IMG/VR virus record: IMGVR_UViG_3300046501_000082
Span: 1 to 64,000 of that record
Length of the DNA: 64,000 bases
DNA from: a virus
Strand: one strand, 5' to 3'
Shown here: in pieces, positions 1 to 8,770 of the stretch
How positions within the stretch are numbered: the first letter of the stretch is position 1
Layout: each line of letters starts with the position of its first letter
Notes under the pieces: generated by a model
What the model saw: the letters and a program-made list of their open reading frames with translations, nothing else
Database searches by the model: none
Told to the model about the DNA's origin: nothing
Translations under genes and position numbers: made by a program

Positions 1-27
1 AATTAACGACTCTTATTTAAGATGATG
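1..27 (+). mobile_element. 3' end of a group I intron interrupting the terminase large subunit gene
   Basis: AATTAACGAC..TTAT...ATG tail resembles the 3' end of phage group I introns (T4 td-like, from memory). It ends in G27 directly before CAG GTT GAT GCA (QVDA of the HDDQVDA nuclease motif). In-frame TAA at 4-6 shows the terL frame is not continuous. Confidence 0.75.
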
Positions 28-141
28 CAGGTTGATGCAACAAGTGATGCTTTCATTACACTCGCACAGAAAATTATGATTCCAAACTTCACCTCCGGTT
101 TAATCTCAGCAAACCTGACTAGACCAAACATCTTCACCTAA
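28..141 (+). CDS. terL: terminase large subunit, last exon (QVDATSDAF...PNIFT*)
   Basis: QVDAxSDAF is the C-terminal RNase H-like motif of TerL; lies directly upstream of portal. Confidence 0.8.
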   Translation, partial: QVDATSDAFITLAQKIMIPNFTSGLISANLTRPNIFT

Positions 142-152
142 TAGGAGATTAC

Positions 153-1766
153 ATGGCTGTAGACACTGAAGTCTCCCTTGAGGCTGGGGAAAATGAAACC
201 CCTACAATGACAATGGGTGAAACTGGCTACTCAGGTTTGCTAACTTTAGGCGGTCAAATCCTCGAAGAATGTTCTCATGAACTGCGTTGGCCTGAAGCAA
301 TCAACACTTACAAGCGTATGGCAAAAGATGGTGCTATTGCCCCAGCCCTTGAACTTGTAGAGATGATGATTGCTCGTGTGCCTTGGACTGTCAAGATTCC
401 TGAAGGTTACGAAGATAAACTTAAAGATAAAGCAAACTTTGTACGTCAGTGTATTGAAGACATGGATACTGACTTTCAAAGTTTTATTAAACAAGTAGTG
501 TCTTATAATCGTTACGGTTTTTCAGTACATGAAAAGGTATTTAGGCTCCGCCTTCGCGAAAACGGTAGCAAATACAATGATGGTTTAGTTGGAATTAAGA
601 AATTACCCATCCGCTCTCAAGATAGTATATGCCGTTGGTACTGGAAGAATAGTGGACGTGAACTCGCAGGTTGCGTACAAAATGTAATGGTTCCGGGTAC
701 TGAAAGTTCTAATGGTTGGGATTTTGTATCTACAACCAGTGCTCAGACAATGGAAAAGAAGATTCCTCGTAAGAAGTTTCTTTTATTCCGCAACAACCCA
801 CTAAAAGACAGCCCTTGCGGAACTTCCCCTCTTAATGGTGCATGGCAAGCTTGGAAATACAAGCAAGCCTACCAAGAGAGTGAAGCTATTGCTGTAGCTC
901 AAGACTCTAATGGATTTAAAGTTCTTTATCTTCCACCTGAGTATATGGTAGCAGATGCTTCAGAAGATAAGAAAGCAGCTTTTGAAGAATACAAGAAAAT
1001 CCTTGCCAACATGCATCAAGCCAAGCAGTCAGGTATCATTCTCCCATTGTTGGTAGATGGGAATGGTAATAAGATGTTTGAGCTTGAGTTTCAGTCCATT
1101 ACAGGCCAGAAGTCTTATAATACAAACGAAATTATTAATCGATATACTTCAGAAATTCTGACTGCATTGTTTGCAGACTTTTTGTCTTTGGGTAGTAATG
1201 GTAGTGGTAGCTTCTCTTTGGCAGAGTCCAAGATTAGTGTAGTAGAGATGGCTATTCAGTCTAAGCTAGACGAAATTAAGTCTCAGCTGAATCATGACCT
1301 TATTCCACAACTATTTTCGCTCAACGGCTGGGATACAGATATTTTACCTGTACTTGACTACGGCGTGATTAGCAAAGAGTCCATAGACGAAGTTGGTAAG
1401 TTCGTGCAACGCGCCGCCGCGGTGGGTATGTTGCCTAAGACACCAGAAGTTGTAAACTGGGTTCTTAAACAAGCTGATATCCCTTATCGTGTTGATCCTA
1501 ATATGTCTCCTGAAGACCTTGCAGATATCCTTACGCCGATGACATCTATGGCGGCTGAGGGTATGAAACAAGGACTTAATTCGGGGACTGGTTCGAATAC
1601 GGGTTCTTCTGGGGATGCCTCAACATCTAACAATGCTAATGCCAACACCAGCAAAACATTCTTTGAGTTGATATCTCAAGATTCTGCGTTTACTACAGTA
1701 AAAATGAATGGAATTATTACTAAGTACACTAATGAAGATTGGGCAGAGTTGGGGTATGAAGAGTAA
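153..1766 (+). CDS. portal protein (DUF935-like)
   Basis: 537 aa, position after terL, YGFSVHEKV and GSFSLAE motifs, RBS AGGAG. Confidence 0.9.
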   Translation: MAVDTEVSLEAGENETPTMTMGETGYSGLLTLGGQILEECSHELRWPEAINTYKRMAKDGAIAPALELVEMMIARVPWTVKIPEGYEDKLKDKANFVRQCIEDMDTDFQSFIKQVVSYNRYGFSVHEKVFRLRLRENGSKYNDGLVGIKKLPIRSQDSICRWYWKNSGRELAGCVQNVMVPGTESSNGWDFVSTTSAQTMEKKIPRKKFLLFRNNPLKDSPCGTSPLNGAWQAWKYKQAYQESEAIAVAQDSNGFKVLYLPPEYMVADASEDKKAAFEEYKKILANMHQAKQSGIILPLLVDGNGNKMFELEFQSITGQKSYNTNEIINRYTSEILTALFADFLSLGSNGSGSFSLAESKISVVEMAIQSKLDEIKSQLNHDLIPQLFSLNGWDTDILPVLDYGVISKESIDEVGKFVQRAAAVGMLPKTPEVVNWVLKQADIPYRVDPNMSPEDLADILTPMTSMAAEGMKQGLNSGTGSNTGSSGDASTSNNANANTSKTFFELISQDSAFTTVKMNGIITKYTNEDWAELGYEE

Positions 1767-1810
1767 TGTTAAAAAGCTATCAGCTCAAGAAAACACATAA
1801 GGAGGCGTAA

Positions 1811-1849
1811 ATGCCGCACGCTTTATTTCGTCTCCGTGAGAACAGCTAG
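1811..1849 (+). pseudogene. 12-codon remnant of prohead protease N-terminus (MPHALFRLRENS*)
   Basis: Strong RBS TAAGGAGG; peptide matches the start of the 2644 protease (MPHSLLRLKNKI). Confidence 0.7.
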
Positions 1850-1850
1850 T

Positions 1851-2663
1851 ATGGCAGAAGTCTATTGGATTCATCTGCCAGAACACACTGATATGTTCTC
1901 TGAAGGTTATATTGGTGTAACATCTAAGACAGCTAAAGAGAGATTTAAGTCGCATATTAATGCAGCTAATCTTAATAAAAAGAAGCATCTTAAGATTAGC
2001 TATGCAATTAAAAAGTACGGCGCTGAAAACCTTATTGTCCAAACTTTAGTTATTTGCTCTGATGAATACGCGCTTGATTTAGAGCTTAAACTCAGACCCA
2101 CAAAAGAAATTGGATGGAATCTTGCTCCGGGTGGATCTAAGCCACCACTACGAGTAGGTCCAATGGGTCCGGAGTTTTCAGCAAGATTAAGTGAAAGGAA
2201 TCGTGGAGTCCTTAAGTCTGAAGAGACAAAAAGAAAAATCTCAGAGACTTTGACGGGAACAACACTGCCCCAAGAAGTAAAAGATAAAATCTCAGCCTCT
2301 CATAAACTTAAAACTTTAGATCAGAGAAACACCAATTCTTTACAAGCTATCAAAGATGCCAACAGACGTAAAAGGATGTCAGTAACTGTAGTGCCAAGAT
2401 TTTGGAAAAGTTACCCTAAAGCTGCCGTACATTACACAACATTAATGCCAGTTATGGACCTTGTGTGTGACTTGTATTATTCAAGGGAAGAAGACATTTC
2501 GGCAAATGAAATCATCAAACATTTCAATCTGTCCGATGGTTCCTTATCTTTTATTTCTAAAGCTATGCAGAAGTTTAGGGGTGGTTGGAATCCCTCCGAA
2601 GATCCTTTTTGGATTCTAGAGTTTAAAAATAAGGAGGCCAACGATGCCCCACTCACTACTTAG
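1851..2663 (+). mobile_element. free-standing GIY-YIG homing endonuclease with NUMOD3-like repeats
   Basis: VYWIH...GYIG...R..H N-terminal motif, GWNL..GG, SEETKRKIS repeats; likely start ATG 1851. Confidence 0.88.
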
Positions 2664-4026
2664 ATTGAAAAACAAGATTGATAACAAACCTCATTTGATG
2701 GAACTCCATGAGTTTGAGCAAGTGTTGGCTTATCTTGATAAATCCATTAATGGTCGAGAAGTAAAAACCCCCGAACCAAAGATGGAAGAAACTGCTACAC
2801 ATAACTCTCGCTACAGCATCTATGAAGATGATAATGCAGCACTGTTCACCATTGAAGGTCCAATGACCAAAAAGCCTGTCACCTTGTTTGGTATGGATTG
2901 TGGTGGATTTAGTTATGAACAATTTAAAGAAGACTTCCGAACAGTTGCTGATTCTGGTGTGAAGACTGTAGGTTTCATGTTGGATTCGGGAGGTGGCGAA
3001 GCTGACTCACTCTTTGATACCGCAAACTATGTTCGTGCATTAGCTGACGAAAATGGTATTAAGATCATCTCGTATGTGGATTCGCTCGCAGCATCGGCGT
3101 GTTACGGTATTGCTGCTATCTCAGATGAAATTATCATGAGTGGCTCCTCAACTGTAGGTTCGATTGGTGTGGTTTTGAGGCTTATTAACGACAGCGAAGC
3201 ACTTAAGAAAGAAGGCTACGAACGAGTCTATGTAACAGCCGGAAAAGATAAGGTGCCGTTCGATGCGGACGGTAAATTTAAAGATTCATTCCTTGCAGAC
3301 ATCAAAGAAAAGATTGATGTTATGTATGGTGAATTTACAGAGCATGTTGCTAAATACCGTAATATTTCTGTAGAACAAGTAAAGGCTACTGAAGCCCGAA
3401 CTTATCTTTCAACTCAAGCTTTGGAACTTGGGCTCGCGGACTCCTCAATGACGCTTGAACAATTCTATTCTTATTTTGCTAAACAAGCAGAAAGTCGTGT
3501 AGAGGGTAACATGCTACCAAAGAAACTATTTAATTTTAATATGAAAAATGATGAGGAAACTCTTGAAATGACCCAACTTGCAGATTTGCAATCGCAACTC
3601 ACTGCTGCAAACGAGCAACTTGCAGAGTTCTCCTCTGTTAAAGAAGCTCACGCAACTTTGCTTGCAGCTTTCACTGAAAAAGAAACCCTTCTGGCTACTG
3701 CACTCTCCGAAGTTGCACAGATGAAAGAAGCTGTAGCCTCTGCTGAAGCTGCTGCTGTAGCCGTTAAAATGGACGCTCGTAAGTCCAAGCTTGCCGCTGT
3801 AATGAGTGCTGACAAACTGGAAGGTGTTTCTGCTTCCCTGTCCAGCCTTGATGACTCGGCATTTGAAACTGTTCTGAGTGGTTTTGCTGCACAGAAACAA
3901 GCTCTTGAAGCATCTGATATGTTTACAGAGATTGGCGACCAAGGTACTGAAGCTGTTGCCGAACCTACTTCGAAAGCTAAAACTTCTACCGAAGATCTTA
4001 TCAAACAAAAACTTGGTTTGAAGTAA
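2644..4026 (+). CDS. prohead protease (S49 family) fused to C-terminal scaffold
   Basis: DSGGGE, AASACYGIA, VGSIGVV S49 motifs; Ala-rich coiled-coil C-terminus. Confidence 0.9.
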   Translation: MPHSLLRLKNKIDNKPHLMELHEFEQVLAYLDKSINGREVKTPEPKMEETATHNSRYSIYEDDNAALFTIEGPMTKKPVTLFGMDCGGFSYEQFKEDFRTVADSGVKTVGFMLDSGGGEADSLFDTANYVRALADENGIKIISYVDSLAASACYGIAAISDEIIMSGSSTVGSIGVVLRLINDSEALKKEGYERVYVTAGKDKVPFDADGKFKDSFLADIKEKIDVMYGEFTEHVAKYRNISVEQVKATEARTYLSTQALELGLADSSMTLEQFYSYFAKQAESRVEGNMLPKKLFNFNMKNDEETLEMTQLADLQSQLTAANEQLAEFSSVKEAHATLLAAFTEKETLLATALSEVAQMKEAVASAEAAAVAVKMDARKSKLAAVMSADKLEGVSASLSSLDDSAFETVLSGFAAQKQALEASDMFTEIGDQGTEAVAEPTSKAKTSTEDLIKQKLGLK

Positions 4027-4069
4027 GTTTCACTTACACACCTCTAGTTTATATTTAAAGGAAACAAAT

Positions 4070-4540
4070 ATGCCTTTCGTTGCGCAAACCTATGTAAAAC
4101 GCTTCTCGGACTTGGTTGTCCATGAGATGGACCCTTCGGTTGGTTACAGCCGTCGTGATCTGAACGTCACCCCTATCACTGCTCCTATCCAACTGGGTAC
4201 TGTAGTTTATCGTGCAAAATCTGCTGATCTGACTGCACCTTGGACTGTACTGGCTTCTGCTACTCCGTTGGTTCTGACCAATGAATTCGCTGTAGTTTAC
4301 GGCGATCATTTCAGCTTCAACCCTGCGTTTGTTGCTCGTGCAATTGCCGCTAACATGTACAACGCTGTTGGTTTTGTTGGTACTTCGGGTGCTCTGCAAC
4401 TCAAAGAATACTACATCAAACAAGTTGCTAAGTCTGCTGTAAACGTTGGTGGTGCTGCCCTCACTGACGCTCAAGTTGAAACCCTGAAAGGTTTGCTTGA
4501 ACAGCAAGGCATCCAAGTTCTCAAAACTGTTTCTGCTTAA
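4070..4540 (+). CDS. head decoration protein
   Basis: 156 aa between protease and MCP; highly expressed codon style. Confidence 0.75.
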   Translation: MPFVAQTYVKRFSDLVVHEMDPSVGYSRRDLNVTPITAPIQLGTVVYRAKSADLTAPWTVLASATPLVLTNEFAVVYGDHFSFNPAFVARAIAANMYNAVGFVGTSGALQLKEYYIKQVAKSAVNVGGAALTDAQVETLKGLLEQQGIQVLKTVSA

Positions 4541-4559
4541 TTAAGGAATTATAAATAAT

Positions 4560-5630
4560 ATGGCCCTCGTACTTGCACCCGGCAACACTGGTAAGGTTGT
4601 AGACCGCACCGACTCCCTGATTGTTATTCCCAACACTGTTGGTATTACTAACGCATTGGGTCTGTTTGCTCCAACCTACTCTACCCAAAAGAACATTGAA
4701 GTTGTTCGTTCTACCAAGCGTAGTCATATCCTTGAAGATCGTAACTGGGATGAGCGTAACCAAACCATCGCTGGTCGTGAACATGATTCTCTGTTGCTGA
4801 AAATCCCTCACTTCCCACTTGACGATGCTATCACTCCTAATGATGTTGATGGTATTGTTGTAGCGGGTTCTCTGGCTGAGTTTGCTGAGCTGGAAACTGT
4901 TGCTTCTGTTCGTGCTGACAAGATGATTGATATGCGTGAAGCGCATGCCCTCACCCTTGAAGCTGCTCGTATGCAACTGATCACCACTGGTACTGCTTAT
5001 GCTCCTCGTGGCACTGTAGTTACTAACTTCTACACTGAGTTTGGTATCACTCGTGAAGAAGAAGGCATTGATCTGGCTGGCGCTTCCGATCCTCGTGCAG
5101 CTTTCAACAACGCTAAGAAATTGGTTCGTAACGGTCTGCGTGATGGTCAAGCTGGTACTGTTCGTTCGTTCGTTGTTCTGGCATCTGACTCGTTCTACAT
5201 GGCTCTGCAACAGAATGCTTTCGTAACTGACGCATACAAGTATGTAGACCAAACCCAAGCTCTCAACGTTCTGTTGGGCCGTGGTGGTCAAGATGTAGCT
5301 GGCTTGGATGCACGCTTTGAGCAGATGTCCCTGTTCGGTATCACCTTCATCAACGCTGGTGCTGCTGGTTATGAGAATGCTGCTGGTGAGTTCGTACCAT
5401 TCATTCCAGAAGGTGACGCTTACATGATGCCTGTTGGTGTTCGTGATCTTTTCAAAACCTACTTTGCTCCTGCAAACCGTTTTGGCTCGATCAACCGTGC
5501 AGCTCAAGGTTCGTACTGGTTCGAGTATCTGAATGAAAAAGATGACATTATCGAAATCATGACAGAGCAGAACTTCCTGAACGCCTTGCTGAACCCTGCT
5601 GCTATTATCCGTCTGTTCTTGGATGCTTAA
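4560..5630 (+). CDS. major capsid protein (lambda gpE-like family)
   Basis: 356 aa, position, PHFPLDDAITP and FAPAN motifs, followed by terminator. Confidence 0.9.
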   Translation: MALVLAPGNTGKVVDRTDSLIVIPNTVGITNALGLFAPTYSTQKNIEVVRSTKRSHILEDRNWDERNQTIAGREHDSLLLKIPHFPLDDAITPNDVDGIVVAGSLAEFAELETVASVRADKMIDMREAHALTLEAARMQLITTGTAYAPRGTVVTNFYTEFGITREEEGIDLAGASDPRAAFNNAKKLVRNGLRDGQAGTVRSFVVLASDSFYMALQQNAFVTDAYKYVDQTQALNVLLGRGGQDVAGLDARFEQMSLFGITFINAGAAGYENAAGEFVPFIPEGDAYMMPVGVRDLFKTYFAPANRFGSINRAAQGSYWFEYLNEKDDIIEIMTEQNFLNALLNPAAIIRLFLDA

Positions 5631-5636
5631 ATATTT

Positions 5637-5664
5637 AGGGGCTTGAAATACAGCCCCTTGTTTT
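5637..5664 (+). terminator. rho-independent terminator after MCP
   Basis: AGGGGCT-8nt-AGCCCCT then TGTTTT. Confidence 0.75.
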
Positions 5665-5676
5665 GGAGATATAAAG

Positions 5677-5895
5677 ATGCCTGTAACAACTAAAAATGGT
5701 TGGATCTTTGCTGTAGAAGAACTTGAAGCTAGTCTTACAGACGGCACTGCTGTTCCTGCTGCAACCACCACTGTAAATGGTACTGTGAAGAAAGCTGCTA
5801 CTCAAGCTAACTTTGCTGGTGCTGATAATGCTGCACTGTTGGTAGAGTTGAACGCTTTCCTTGCTAAGCTTAAAACTGCTGGCATTGTAGCTTAA
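5677..5895 (+). CDS. head fiber-like small virion protein
   Basis: PAATTT..GTVKKAA...LNAFLAKLKTAGI pattern typical of head fiber proteins. Confidence 0.65.
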   Translation: MPVTTKNGWIFAVEELEASLTDGTAVPAATTTVNGTVKKAATQANFAGADNAALLVELNAFLAKLKTAGIVA

Positions 5896-5921
5896 TAATA
5901 TGGGGGTGGTTAATTCTACCC

Positions 5922-5950
5922 TTGTAATTAAAAGAATTATGTGTTAAAGT
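5922..5950 (+). promoter_or_regulatory. sigma70-like promoter of LAGLIDADG endonuclease
   Basis: TTGTAA-17-TAAAGT with extended TG. Confidence 0.55.
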
Positions 5951-5982
5951 TTTAGATCAAATTAAATTAAAGGAGATCTAAA

Positions 5983-6951
5983 ATGCAAGAATTAATAAAA
6001 CCCCACTACTTTGAACAGGTATTGGAGATGTTTGACCAAGGTCTTTTACAGCAAGAAATTGCTGATATTATTGGTATTAAAAAACAAGCTCTAGCTTTTC
6101 AAATGAAGAAGTTTGGATTCTCTTTCAAACGAGCTTCCTATCGTATGCTTGATTCTCAAATCGATGAAGCTGTTAGGATGTATTCAGAAGGAATGTCCGC
6201 ACCAGAAATCGGCACTGCTCTCGGAGTCTCTAAGTCCAATGTAAACTACGCACTTAATTTGCGTGGTGTTGCTATGAAGACAAAGAAAGAGATTAAGTTC
6301 TACAAAAAGTATTCTATAAATGAAGATGCTTTTTTGGATTTAACTACAGAACAGTCTGCTTATTTCTATGGTTGGATTTTAACTGATGGCTGGGTAAGTA
6401 AGGCAAACGTCTCTATTGAGTTATCAAGAAAAGATGAGGAGCTTCTGTTAAACTTCAAATCTTATATGGGAAGTTCAAATAAGATTTACCAAAGAAGTAA
6501 AGTAGTGAAGGTTACTGGCAATGTATCCGAGATGAGTTCTTTTGGTTTTTCCCATGAACCAATCTTGAATAGACTGAAAGAGTTGGGGCTTAAAGAAAGA
6601 AAATCTTTAAAAGAAGTTTGTCCAGATGTATTCAAATACAATCGACATTTTTGGCGAGGTGTGGTTGAGGGTGACGGACATATTGCCAAATCGGATAGCT
6701 ATTCAGTAGAAATTTGTGGTAGTGAAGAGCTATGCAGTGCTTTTGAAAATTATTGTAAATCCCTTTGCCCTGAAGCCCATGTATACAGAGCAATGAACGG
6801 TAAGATGTTTGTTGCTAAAATTGGTCGGAAAAGTTCAACCAATATAATCCTTAACGAATTGTATAGAGATTGCACTTTAAAGCTCTCTAGAAAATATAAT
6901 GTTTATTTAGAGAGGTATTGTGATGGCATTGACTTTGATAGAGCAAGTTAG
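5983..6951 (+). mobile_element. free-standing LAGLIDADG homing endonuclease with N-terminal HTH repeats
   Basis: YFYGWILTDG and FWRGVVEGDG motifs, two HTH-like segments, LSRK end motif. Confidence 0.88.
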
Positions 6952-7357
6952 GACACTTGTTGGTGATAGCGAAAATAGTCCATTTTATCCGCTACTTTCT
7001 GATGACCAGTATCAAAACTTCCTAGACATGACTAATAACAATGTCTTTGCAGCAGCTCGTTGGGCTGCTATTTCTATCAGCTTTATTGTAGCTGGTTGGA
7101 ATACGAGAGAAACTACAGGTGATTTGACTGTATATAATGAGTACGGAAAGAATTACTTGGCAGCACTTGGTAATCTAATCAATAGCCCCGGACTACTTAT
7201 TCCTTCTGGTCTATTTCCTTGGTCTGCTAATAAGTGTCCAAGTAAGCTCATGTCTATTGAAGTATGCGATGGAGATAAGTGCCGGGAAGCAACTTGTTGT
7301 GAAACAGGGTGTAGTTGTGACGACTGTCATCCTCATGGTGAAGTCTTTGTTTATTAG
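6920..7357 (+). CDS. head-tail adaptor with Cys-rich C-terminus
   Basis: VRTLVGD...LLSDD motif, position after capsid genes. Confidence 0.7.
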   Translation: MMALTLIEQVRTLVGDSENSPFYPLLSDDQYQNFLDMTNNNVFAAARWAAISISFIVAGWNTRETTGDLTVYNEYGKNYLAALGNLINSPGLLIPSGLFPWSANKCPSKLMSIEVCDGDKCREATCCETGCSCDDCHPHGEVFVY

Positions 7358-7365
7358 GAGTTGAG

Positions 7366-7740
7366 ATGTTAAAACCACAATTCCTTTTGACACATAAGAT
7401 TCCTGTAGAGATTACCCGAACAAGTGCAGGTGGTTATGTTGATGGTGATCCTGTACCGGGTACTACAACAATCTTCACAGCGATGGTAAATATTCAACCT
7501 GCAAAACCTTATGAAATTCTCATGATGGCTGAATCAGACAGAACACGTTCTTGGTGGAAAGTCTATTCAGCCGATGTATTGAGAACTTTACGTGAGGGAG
7601 TTGATGGTTGGTCAGCGGATACGTTTCAGTGGAAAGATGACACTTACAAAGTAATGCGAGTGGATGACTGGACAGCTGGAATGTCAATTCTGGAACACAC
7701 AAAAAGCTGGTGTGTCCGTATTGAGCGTACCCCCAATTAA
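7366..7740 (+). CDS. head closure/stopper protein
   Basis: Position and size; GGYVDG, QP, D...W....YKV beta pattern. Confidence 0.65.
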   Translation: MLKPQFLLTHKIPVEITRTSAGGYVDGDPVPGTTTIFTAMVNIQPAKPYEILMMAESDRTRSWWKVYSADVLRTLREGVDGWSADTFQWKDDTYKVMRVDDWTAGMSILEHTKSWCVRIERTPN

Positions 7741-7749
7741 GGAGCAGCT

Positions 7750-8205
7750 ATGAAAGTTACTAAAAATACTGCTCAGTGGGATTTGATAAAGAAGAATCTT
7801 TTAAAGAATATCCCTGAATTAAACACCGGCTTCTTTTCAAACTCATCCTATGGCCCTGAAAACGATAACTTACCAGTGGCTCAGGTAGCTCAGTGGAATG
7901 AGGAAGGTTCCTCAACCAACCCAACCCGCCCTTTCATGCGTGTAGGTTTTGGTGGTGTTCTTCGTGCAGGTAAACTTGACAAGAATATTGCTGCTGCCAT
8001 CAAAAGGATTGCTGATGGTGAATCTCCTATGCAATCTTTGAAAATTCTTGGTCCTGTCTTTGTTAATGAAATGAAGCAACAGATTATTGATTGGGATAGT
8101 CCATCAAACAGTCCTAAAACTATTGCAGATAAGGGATTTGATGACCCACTCAGGGATACAGACACAATGCTTAATTCTGTTGAGTATAGAGTGGGGAGTG
8201 TTTGA
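7750..8205 (+). CDS. neck/tail completion protein (HK97 gp10-like)
   Basis: VAQWNEEG..P.RPFMR and NSP.TI..KGFD.PL.DT motifs. Confidence 0.75.
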   Translation: MKVTKNTAQWDLIKKNLLKNIPELNTGFFSNSSYGPENDNLPVAQVAQWNEEGSSTNPTRPFMRVGFGGVLRAGKLDKNIAAAIKRIADGESPMQSLKILGPVFVNEMKQQIIDWDSPSNSPKTIADKGFDDPLRDTDTMLNSVEYRVGSV

Positions 8206-8747
8206 TGGGAACCTTGTTTACGCAGCTTAGAACTAATATTCGTAAGGTTGCTATAACCGCTCTTTCTGAATACCCAAGTATTGCCAATGTTACGATTTTC
8301 TCAAATTCAAATGGGGCTGAGCCTGCTGAAAGTTATGTTGTAATCAACATTCTAGAGATCAGACAGATTGGACAACATAATACTTCGAGTAAGTTAGACA
8401 GTCAGAACAGACAAGCTGTACAGGTTGCTTATGAGGTGATGGTGCAGTTCTCATTTATCGGCAGTCAATCTGGCGACATGTCACACAGCTTCAATCAAAG
8501 AATTAATAATAATTACCTTGTGTTTGAAAGTCTTAAGTTAAATAAGCTTGGGATTATGCGTAAGAGTAATGTTCGTAGAGCACCACAGAAAAGAGATACT
8601 AAGTGGGTTGAATACCACAACATGGATGTAACCTTTTCTTATATTGCAGTTACACAAGATGTTGTTGATCTTATCGAAGCCGTTGTGGTTGAAGATGTCA
8701 CAGCAGACACAATTTTCAGAGTGCCGGAAGGCCCAATCCCCGTATAA
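8202..8747 (+). CDS. tail terminator / neck protein
   Basis: Position immediately before sheath. Confidence 0.6.
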   Translation: MMGTLFTQLRTNIRKVAITALSEYPSIANVTIFSNSNGAEPAESYVVINILEIRQIGQHNTSSKLDSQNRQAVQVAYEVMVQFSFIGSQSGDMSHSFNQRINNNYLVFESLKLNKLGIMRKSNVRRAPQKRDTKWVEYHNMDVTFSYIAVTQDVVDLIEAVVVEDVTADTIFRVPEGPIPV

Positions 8748-8770
8748 ACATAACAAAGGAATAAAGCCCA

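Noticed and set aside
1640-1766. Portal C-terminal extension after the Gly/Ser/Asn tail as a separate module
   Set aside because: Cannot distinguish from normal tail variability without homolog alignment
5637-5676. TTGAAA in loop of the MCP terminator as another hairpin-embedded -35
   Set aside because: No acceptable -10 at 16-18 nt spacing
4521-5771. 416 aa minus-strand ORF and similar antisense ORFs over structural genes (e.g. 3526-4008, 9401-9991)
   Set aside because: Shadows of strongly biased codon usage on the coding strand; no RBS or protein-like features
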